Shown piece after piece: positions 1 through 5,268 of a stretch of 9,568 nucleotides of DNA (positions within the stretch are counted from its first letter, which is position 1; the number at the start of each line of letters is the position of its first letter). The DNA lies in NCBI GenBank assembly GCA_964565725.1, contig CAZMGA010000017.1:3948-13515 (forward strand). Direction: 5' to 3'. Both the position numbers and the translations under genes were made by a program. Under the pieces are notes generated by a model, which was not told the origin of the DNA, searched no databases, and worked only from the letters and a program-made list of their open reading frames with translations. This DNA comes from an uncultured archaeon (GTDB lineage: Archaea > Iainarchaeota > Iainarchaeia > Iainarchaeales > 0-14-0-20-30-16).

Positions 1-69
1 AGTTGGAACAGAGAACCATTAGATATTTATGTGTTTACTGCTGAAACTTTTGCTGAAGATTTAGAATAG
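1..69 (+). CDS. 3' end of an unidentified protein-coding gene (partial, continues left of the window); C-terminus ...SWNREPLDIYVFTAETFAEDLE*
   Basis: Frame 1 is open for 22 codons from base 1 and ends at TAG 67-69. That is an unusually long stop-free run for DNA this AT-rich. The composition is less Asn/Lys-rich and more G+C than the spacers. T6/T8/T6 tracts at 83-108 lie just downstream. No family recognised. Confidence 0.35.
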   Translation, partial: SWNREPLDIYVFTAETFAEDLE

Positions 70-78
70 TAAATTTAT

Positions 79-600
79 TTACTTTTTTATTTCTTTTTTT
101 TCTTTTTTGTAAAACTTTCTAAAAACCAAATATAATACCAAAACTAATAAAATTGATACTAATATATCACTTATGTAATGTTGTGCTAATACAAGTCTAG
201 AAAAAATAATTAATATTGTTAATATTATAGATGAAATTCTTACAGATTTGTTTTCAGTCAAATAAAATATAAATATTGTTGTAAGTATTGCTGAATAAGT
301 GTGCATACTATAAAAAGAACTGTCTGTTAAATTTTTTTTAATATTTAAATTTAATATAGTATATGGTCTTGTTCTAATATAAAACCAAGAAATTATTTCC
401 TTTAAAATATATCCAAAACCAAATAAGCTTAAATACCATATAAGCAATGTTTTCTTTTTAACTATTAAAGCCCCAAATATAAAAAAGCTAATTAGTAATA
501 CTATTCCTGCAGTAGTAATTATTGTCCAAAACCAATTCAAAAAAAAGCCTTGACCAAATATTTTGTATATTGTTTCCGTTATTAGTAATTCATTAATCAT
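79..600 (-). CDS. PAP2-superfamily integral membrane phosphatase; candidate polyprenyl (dolichyl/undecaprenyl-type) diphosphate phosphatase
   Basis: 173-aa ORF that is hydrophobic throughout (about 5-6 helices). The PAP2 C3 motif SRxxxxxHxxxD is present exactly as SRLVLAQHYISD. YSMHT sits at the PSGH position (C2-like), and K..YIRTRP is C1-like. Lys-rich C-terminal tail. The substrate is inferred, not shown. Confidence 0.7.
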   Translation of the reverse strand: MINELLITETIYKIFGQGFFLNWFWTIITTAGIVLLISFFIFGALIVKKKTLLIWYLSLFGFGYILKEIISWFYIRTRPYTILNLNIKKNLTDSSFYSMHTYSAILTTIFIFYLTENKSVRISSIILTILIIFSRLVLAQHYISDILVSILLVLVLYLVFRKFYKKEKKEIKK

Positions 601-656
601 AAATTAATATTAATCATAAAACATATAAATCTATTTTTTATATATATATAGATAAT
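601..656. promoter_or_regulatory. 56-bp divergent promoter spacer without any SD; TATA-like CATATAAAT/ATTTATATG at 622-630 could serve both start codons (600 and 657)
   Basis: The spacer has only one G (651) and no GGTG-type SD. The TATA-like octamer centre is about 25 nt from ATG 600 (minus) and about 31 nt from ATG 657 (plus), which fits leaderless or near-leaderless mRNAs. A (TA)6 run lies at 639-650. In DNA this AT-rich, TATA-like strings also occur by chance. Confidence 0.3.
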
Positions 657-1751
657 ATGTCTGATGAAATTGTAGTAGAAAGTATAAAAAAAATGTTAAA
701 TTTAAATATGTCTGATGAGGATATAATCGCTAGTTTGGTAGATGCTGGTTTAGAATATGATTATGCTATTGAAATGTTAGATGAAGTTAGAAATGAAGAT
801 ACTGTTGAAAAAGTTATTGAAAAAAACACAAAACCTAAAAAAAATTTAGATAATATTGAAACTAATGATGTTTGGGAAGAAGGGACATTAGCGTTAATTA
901 ATCAAAAATTAGAAGATCTAACAAAAAAAGAAAAAAAATTAGATGAAGATATAAATAATAAAATTAATGCAATTACTAGCAAAGAAATAAATAAAATGAA
1001 AGCAATTATAGATTCGCAAAGATCTTTATTAGTCACAAAAATGGATATGGCTATGGCTAATAAATTAAAAGAAATTAAAGAACAAGTTGATAGTACATTA
1101 AAAACTTTACAAGATATAAATAAAAATACTGAAAGAAAATTAGTTGATTTTGATAATTTGGCTAATAATTTAAAAGATTTAAAAGAAAATATTACTACTC
1201 AAATACAAGTTGTTGAAAATATAAGATTAAGTGCTGAAACTATTTTGAATAATATAAAAAATAAAGCGAATGATGAAATAGATGATTTTTTTAAAGTTTT
1301 TGAAGCAAAAGCAAAAGATATTACAAATAAAACAAATAATACTTTGAATTTATCTTCTAAGATTATGGATAGTTTAGTTAATGCTACTCAAAATAAATTA
1401 AATGATTATTGTGAAAAGAAAATAGATAATTTTTCTTTAGAATTACAACAAAAATTAAATATTGATGATATTAAATCAGTATTATTAAAAATAAATGAGT
1501 TAAATAATATAGATACAAAAATAAACTCTATTGTAGATGAAAAAATATCTTTGGCAATGAATAATGTAGATTCTAAAAAATATGATGATTCTATTTATGA
1601 TTTAAATAAAAGATTTATGAATTTAGAAAAAGATTTAAACAGACTTATGAAAACTAATTCTATTGATGATATTAATTTAAAGATAGATGAATTAATGAAA
1701 TTTAAAGATGAATTTAATAATTCTAATTTAAATAATAAAAATAAAAAGTGA
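657..1751 (+). CDS. Soluble protein with an N-terminal UBA-like three-helix module and a roughly 300-aa Asn/Lys/Asp-rich coiled coil; function unknown
   Basis: 364-aa ORF with no hydrophobic segment. Residues about 5-44 (IVVESIKKMLNLNMSDEDIIASLVDAGLEYDYAIEMLDEV) follow the UBA/EF-Ts-N/NAC-alpha pattern. The rest is heptad-like and low in complexity. The TGA stop lies 4 nt before the next ATG. Confidence 0.75.
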   Translation: MSDEIVVESIKKMLNLNMSDEDIIASLVDAGLEYDYAIEMLDEVRNEDTVEKVIEKNTKPKKNLDNIETNDVWEEGTLALINQKLEDLTKKEKKLDEDINNKINAITSKEINKMKAIIDSQRSLLVTKMDMAMANKLKEIKEQVDSTLKTLQDINKNTERKLVDFDNLANNLKDLKENITTQIQVVENIRLSAETILNNIKNKANDEIDDFFKVFEAKAKDITNKTNNTLNLSSKIMDSLVNATQNKLNDYCEKKIDNFSLELQQKLNIDDIKSVLLKINELNNIDTKINSIVDEKISLAMNNVDSKKYDDSIYDLNKRFMNLEKDLNRLMKTNSIDDINLKIDELMKFKDEFNNSNLNNKNKK

Positions 1752-1755
1752 TTTT

Positions 1756-2451
1756 ATGAGAACTTTAATTTGTCCATCTTGTGGTCTAGAAAGAGATTAT
1801 TCTGAATTTATTGAAGGTGTTTGTAAGAGTTGTTATTACAAAGATAAAAGTAAATTTGAAATTAGAGTAAAAGATATTTTAATTTGTAAAAGTTGTGGCA
1901 GAATGAAAGTTGAAAATTTTTGGAAGCCATTTTCTGAAGACTCTTTAATTGATTATTTTAAAGATAATATAAAATCAAATTATAATTTTGAATTAATTGA
2001 TTTAAATTTAACATTTTATAGAAAAAAGTTCAAAGTACTTGTTAAATATAGTATAGATAGTATTGTTTCTGAAGATACTGTTTCTTTTACTCCTAAATAT
2101 CAATATTGTGTTGATTGTTATAAAAAAATAAGTGATTTTTTTGATAGTTTAATTCAAATAAGAGGTTTTCAAAATATTAAAGATATTAATAAAAAAATGA
2201 TTAAATGTTTGGATGAAGCTAAAAAAAATGAATTAAAAAAAGGAAATTTTACTGCTTTTTTACAAAAAATGGAAGATGTAAATGGTGGTTTAGATTTGTA
2301 TTTAGGTTCAAAAACATTAGCTCAAGCTCTTTTGAGAGAAATAAAAGATAGATATAATGTGGAAATTAAAACAAGTTATAAAATTGTAGGTATTTTACAA
2401 GGTGGAAAAAATAAAGTTAGAACTACTTTTTTAGTAAGGTTAAAAGAATAA
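1756..2451 (+). CDS. NMD3-family zinc-ribbon protein (archaeal COG1499-like), unusually short form
   Basis: 231 aa. Four CxxC pairs: C6/C9, C23/C26, C44/C47, C118/C121. Then the NMD3 N-domain pattern: CVDCYKK..DFFDSLIQIRG, GGLDLYLGSKTLAQAL and KIVGILQGGKNKVRTTFLVRL. The SD-like AGTGA at 1747-1751 overlaps the upstream stop. Confidence 0.7.
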   Translation: MRTLICPSCGLERDYSEFIEGVCKSCYYKDKSKFEIRVKDILICKSCGRMKVENFWKPFSEDSLIDYFKDNIKSNYNFELIDLNLTFYRKKFKVLVKYSIDSIVSEDTVSFTPKYQYCVDCYKKISDFFDSLIQIRGFQNIKDINKKMIKCLDEAKKNELKKGNFTAFLQKMEDVNGGLDLYLGSKTLAQALLREIKDRYNVEIKTSYKIVGILQGGKNKVRTTFLVRLKE

Positions 2452-2460
2452 TTATTCTTT
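2443..2460. repeat. 18-bp perfect palindrome AAAGAATAATTATTCTTT centred on the junction of two convergent stop codons
   Basis: Checked base by base: 2443-2451 is the reverse complement of 2452-2460. It encodes K-E-stop for both the plus gene (ends 2451) and the minus gene (ends 2452). There are zero intergenic bases. Confidence 0.9.
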
Positions 2461-3159
2461 AATATTTTTTTCTATTGTCATTTTTATTTCTTCTTTGTTT
2501 TTTAAAGTTATAAATAAAGGTATATTTAAATCTAATTCTTTTACTTGTGTTTCATCTAATGTTGTGTTTAATAATAATAACGCAGGATATAAATTTGTGT
2601 TTTGTTTTAATAATTGTATAAATAATTTTATTATTTGTAAATTATCTACGTTATATATGAATAAAATTCTCTTGTTAGTTTTACCATATATTTTTGGAAT
2701 CTCTTCTTGACTTATGTCTGTTAAATTAGTGAAGTTAATATACGTGATACCATAAATTATATTTGCATCTTTTAAATTTATAGGTATTATGTCTTTATTA
2801 ATATCTAAGTTTTTTAATTTTAAACCTTTTTTAAATTCTTTTAGTTCAAATATTAATTCTTCTTTTACTTTAATTAGTTTTTTAGTTATTTGAAAATTTC
2901 TTTTAGAATCAATTTCTATTAAAGTATTAATAAATCTTTTAATAAAATTTATAGATGGATTATTTCTTTTATTATTTTGATATTCTGATATTGTAGAAGA
3001 AGTAATTTGCATATGTCTTGCTAAACTTAATTGGGTTATTTCAAAAATGTTTTGCCATTTTTTAAATGTGTTGCCAGGATTATCTGAAAAACAAATTTCT
3101 CCAGCTATTTCTTGTTTTAATGAGTTTATTTCTTCCGAATTATCATTTAATTTTTTCAT
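2452..3159 (-). CDS. cro/C1 (XRE)-type HTH regulator of the conserved archaeal 'putative HTH-type transcriptional regulatory protein' family (MTH967/MJ1164-like), short form
   Basis: 235 aa. The N-terminus AGEICFSDNPGNTFKKWQNIFEITQLSLARHMQITSSTISEYQNNKRNNPSINFIKRFINTLIEID matches the remembered family pattern AGEI.LS..PG..LRKWR..F.ISQ.ELA....SPSVISDYE.GRR.SP......F..ALIEID. The C-terminal half looks like an alpha/beta domain. An AAGGA SD-like element lies in the last codons of the upstream gene, with a 2-nt spacer. Confidence 0.75.
   Translation of the reverse strand: MKKLNDNSEEINSLKQEIAGEICFSDNPGNTFKKWQNIFEITQLSLARHMQITSSTISEYQNNKRNNPSINFIKRFINTLIEIDSKRNFQITKKLIKVKEELIFELKEFKKGLKLKNLDINKDIIPINLKDANIIYGITYINFTNLTDISQEEIPKIYGKTNKRILFIYNVDNLQIIKLFIQLLKQNTNLYPALLLLNTTLDETQVKELDLNIPLFITLKNKEEIKMTIEKNIKE
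2465..2471 (+). terminator. T7 tract 14 nt after the NMD3-like stop; candidate archaeal oligo-T terminator lying inside the convergent HTH gene
   Basis: TTTTTTT at 2465-2471, which is the antisense of the E-K-N codons of the minus gene. Archaeal RNA polymerase terminates at oligo-dT tracts (established). No transcript data here. Confidence 0.35.
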
Positions 3160-3161
3160 TT

Positions 3162-3611
3162 TTATCCTTTTTCAAAAATATTGCTTTTTAATGTTGAAAT
3201 TAATTTTTTACTTATAATTGTATCTTCAGCGATTTTATTTATTTCATCATCATTATAATCTATTTTAAATCCACCCAATTGATTTTGTTCTACTTTTATG
3301 TTATTTTTATATTTTTGGGTTAAAGTATTTTGTAAATCTTTTTGTTTTGCTATTTTATTTAATTCTTGGTTTAAGAAAGACTTTAAGTTTTCTAATTCTA
3401 ATATATGACTTTTTAAAAATTCATAAACATTTTGTTGTTCATTTGCATTTAATGCAATAGGTATTGATTCTTGGGTTATTGCTTTAGTATTATTTTTAAT
3501 ATCTATTAACTTTTGTTCTAATACTGTTTGTTTAACTTTAAATTTTGAAATTTCGTTATCTATTTTAGATAATAAAAATTTATATCTTTCTTCCTTTTCG
3601 TTTATGTCCAT
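3162..3611 (-). CDS. Small soluble coiled-coil protein, function unknown
   Basis: 149-aa ORF packed tightly between its neighbours (4-nt and 2-nt spacers). It is heptad-rich and Gln/Asn/Lys/Glu-rich, with no TM segment. I see no convincing prefoldin or ESCRT-III pattern. Confidence 0.65.
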   Translation of the reverse strand: MDINEKEERYKFLLSKIDNEISKFKVKQTVLEQKLIDIKNNTKAITQESIPIALNANEQQNVYEFLKSHILELENLKSFLNQELNKIAKQKDLQNTLTQKYKNNIKVEQNQLGGFKIDYNDDEINKIAEDTIISKKLISTLKSNIFEKG

Positions 3612-3615
3612 TTAA

Positions 3616-4188
3616 TCACTTTCTATTTTTTATTTCCCAAAATATTCTTTTTTCAATTACATCTTCATTTGTTTTTAAAGTTATATTTAAGGCATATTTT
3701 CCTGAAACTACATTACCTATAGTTCCTAATTCATAATTAAAGTTTCTTGTTTCGTCAGGTCCAATTACTTGAATTATTTTTTCTTCTTCTGGAATTATAG
3801 CTATTTGATTTTCATCAGTTGTTTTAATGCTCAATTTTATATTTTTTAAATCATAGTCAGTTATATTTGTAACACTCACTTTTAAATTGGTTGAACTATA
3901 ACCATCAATTAAAATTGAGGGATTTGGATCTAAATCTACTTTTAAATAATTTGGTTTTGCAAATAATACAATTATTAAAACTAATATTGCAATTAAAATT
4001 ATGCCTAAACCTACAAATATGATTTTTGAAAGAATTGGTGATTTTAAATCAATTTGTGGCATTTTTGTTTTTTTATTACTGTTATTTACCTTTTTAACTA
4101 CTTTTTTCATTACTTCTTTTGTTTCTGGATCTGCATATTCATCTTCTGTTTCTTTGCTTTCTGTAAAATCATCTTCATATAATCCCAT
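3616..4188 (-). CDS. Single-pass membrane protein: acidic cytoplasmic N-tail, one TM helix, extracytoplasmic beta-sandwich (CARDB/DUF11-like) domain
   Basis: 190 aa. Residues 1-25 are highly acidic (MGLYEDDFTESKETEDEYADPETKE). TM helix ILSKIIFVGLGIILIAILVLIIVLF. The C-terminal roughly 110 aa alternate beta-strand patterns (LKVSVTNITDYDLKNIKLSIKT ... GKYALNITLKT), typical of CARDB-like folds. A GGTGA SD (4193-4197 on plus) lies 4 nt upstream of the ATG. Confidence 0.7.
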   Translation of the reverse strand: MGLYEDDFTESKETEDEYADPETKEVMKKVVKKVNNSNKKTKMPQIDLKSPILSKIIFVGLGIILIAILVLIIVLFAKPNYLKVDLDPNPSILIDGYSSTNLKVSVTNITDYDLKNIKLSIKTTDENQIAIIPEEEKIIQVIGPDETRNFNYELGTIGNVVSGKYALNITLKTNEDVIEKRIFWEIKNRK

Positions 4189-4200
4189 ATTCTCACCTTA

Positions 4201-4264
4201 ATCTATAGATATAAATGCTATTTATTTATATTTATTATGTTTTTATATCTATTAATAATCTATT
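4201..4264. promoter_or_regulatory. Candidate operator/promoter for the minus-strand three-gene operon: palindrome ATCTATAGAT plus two ATCTATT repeats 11 bp apart
   Basis: 10-bp perfect palindrome at 4201-4210. ATCTATT occurs at 4247-4253 and 4258-4264. A minus-strand TATA-like AAATATAAATAAA lies at 4221-4233. C-containing motifs are rare in this spacer, so their recurrence stands out. Chance is not excluded. Confidence 0.3.
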
Positions 4265-4279
4265 TTAAAATATTTTTAA

Positions 4280-4341
4280 GAGCCTTTATTGAATCATTTT
4301 TAAATATTTATTGAATTTTTAACTCAAAGAATATAAAGGTT
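4280..4341 (+). promoter_or_regulatory. TrmB-gene control region: direct repeats TTTATTGAAT (x2, 22 bp apart) bracketed by inverted repeat CCTTTAT/ATAAAGG, with a TATA-like AATATAAA
   Basis: TTTATTGAAT occurs at 4285-4294 and 4307-4316, each followed by a T-run and AA. CCTTTAT at 4283-4289 is the reverse complement of ATAAAGG at 4333-4339. TATA-like AATATAAA lies at 4329-4336, about 27 nt before the AAGGTGG SD (4359-4365) and ATG 4370. Confidence 0.4.
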
Positions 4342-4369
4342 TCGTATATTATATATATAAGGTGGCAGT

Positions 4370-5080
4370 ATGGATGTAGAAAAAGCAATAAATCGTTTTA
4401 AACAATTAGGGTTAACAGATTATCAATCTCGTGTTTTATATGCTCTATTAAAGAAAAAATCTTGTAAAATTTCAGATATTGCAAGTCATTCAAATGTGCC
4501 TAATACAAGAGTTTATGATGTAGTAAATCAATTAATTGATATGAAATTTGTAATAAAAATATCTAATAAACCAAAAACTTATAGAATCAGAAATGTAGAA
4601 CAAGTTTTAGATACTTTATTAGATGATAAGACAAAAGAATTAACAGAAATCAAAGATGACATATCAATGATGAAAGATTTTTTTAAATTTGATGATAATT
4701 ATATTGAAGAAAATAAATTAGTGTGTGTTAATCAAGATAGAGATTTAGTTAATTTACTTGTAGAAGAATTAAATAAAGCAAAATCTGAAATTGTGGGTTT
4801 TGGTTATAAAGAATTAGAAGATAAAAAATTACAAGATGCTTTAAAAAGTATGAATAATAAAGTAAATGTAAAAGTTATTGCACATCCTGATAGTAATATT
4901 AATTTAGATTTTGTAAAATCAAAACATCATGATATGTGTGCATATGTAATAGATGATAATAAATTAATTTTAGGTTTAGGAGAAACTGCAAAAACTTATA
5001 ATTTAGGTATGTTGCATAATCAAAAATCATTAAAAACTATGGTTAAAACTCATTTTGATACTTTATGGAATAATCCATAA
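4370..5080 (+). CDS. TrmB-family transcriptional regulator (N-terminal winged HTH, C-terminal effector-type domain)
   Basis: 236 aa. The N-terminus INRFKQLGLTDYQSRVLYALLKKKSCKISDIASHSNVPNTRVYDVVNQLIDMKFVIKISNKPKTYRIRNVEQVLDTLL follows the TrmB wHTH pattern (LGLt..e..vY..Ll......eia....vp...vY.vl..L...g.v......P..y). A coiled linker and a roughly 110-aa C-terminal domain follow. A clear SD precedes the ATG. Confidence 0.85.
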   Translation: MDVEKAINRFKQLGLTDYQSRVLYALLKKKSCKISDIASHSNVPNTRVYDVVNQLIDMKFVIKISNKPKTYRIRNVEQVLDTLLDDKTKELTEIKDDISMMKDFFKFDDNYIEENKLVCVNQDRDLVNLLVEELNKAKSEIVGFGYKELEDKKLQDALKSMNNKVNVKVIAHPDSNINLDFVKSKHHDMCAYVIDDNKLILGLGETAKTYNLGMLHNQKSLKTMVKTHFDTLWNNP

Positions 5081-5121
5081 ATAAAAAATTATTAAAAAAT
5101 CAAATAAAAGTATTTATATAC

Positions 5122-5140
5122 TTTTCTTATTTATTTTTTT
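5122..5140 (+). terminator. T4...T7 tract downstream of the TrmB gene; candidate oligo-T terminator
   Basis: CTTTTCTTATTTATTTTTTT, with T7 at 5134-5140, 54-60 nt after stop 5078-5080. It is the first long T-run after the gene. Confidence 0.35.
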
Positions 5141-5142
5141 AT

Positions 5143-5268
5143 GTAAGTCAGTATAATTATAGTGACAATTTGCATAATTTGAGTTTTTAAATTATGTTGG
5201 GGTAGTTTTTATCTATGATTATATAAAAGCATATAAATTGGTAACCTCAGATATGCTTTTTGACTTAC
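5143..5268 (+). ncRNA. Candidate small structured RNA of about 120 nt (unclassified), with an upstream TATA box at 5113-5120
   Basis: Consensus TATA TTTATATA at 5113-5120, preceded by purine-rich AAAAG, predicts a start near 5143. Closing helix: GTAAGTCA 5143-5150 pairs with TGACTTAC 5261-5268. Internal hairpins: 5172-5180/5189-5197 (8 Watson-Crick pairs + 1 GU) and GCATAT 5229-5234/ATATGC 5251-5256, followed by T5 at 5257-5261. No match to tRNA, C/D box or any RNA family I recognise. Stems are AU-rich, and internal T5 runs (5184-5188, 5206-5210) argue against full-length transcription. Confidence 0.2.

Noticed and set aside
603-650. Palindrome ATTAATATTAAT (603-614) and the (TA)6 microsatellite (639-650) as specific regulatory sites
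   Set aside because: They are built only of A/T in a spacer that is almost 100% A/T, so such symmetry is expected by chance. They are noted as context for the divergent promoter, not as operators.
2495-2710. 71-aa plus-strand ORF in the six-frame track
   Set aside because: It lies entirely antisense within the 235-aa HTH gene. It has no SD or TATA context, and its Phe/Asn/Ile-rich low-complexity product is what the antisense of Lys/Ile/Asn codons yields. It is a shadow ORF of AT-rich coding DNA.
4001-4201. 66-aa plus-strand ORF overlapping the 5' end of the membrane-protein gene
   Set aside because: It is antisense to the well-supported 190-aa gene, which has an SD, a TM helix and a domain pattern. 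Its hydrophobic, Ser-rich product mirrors the antisense of Lys/Glu codons. It has no start signals of its own.
5081-5264. Micro-ORFs in the convergent spacer (for example minus-strand MQIVTIIILTYIKK, plus-strand MLFDLLLNKKRTN)
   Set aside because: They are 13-14 codons long, have no SD and sit implausibly relative to the TATA box. They cannot be told apart from random ORFs.
5143-5268. Reading the 8-bp terminal inverted repeat (GTAAGTCA/TGACTTAC) as a MITE, or the region as a tRNA or C/D-box sRNA
   Set aside because: There is no target-site duplication at the flanks (TTTTAT versus TTCTTA) and no second copy in the window. No cloverleaf, GTTC-type T-loop or anticodon arm can be drawn. There are no RUGAUGA/CUGA box pairs on either strand. 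It is kept only as an unclassified ncRNA candidate.
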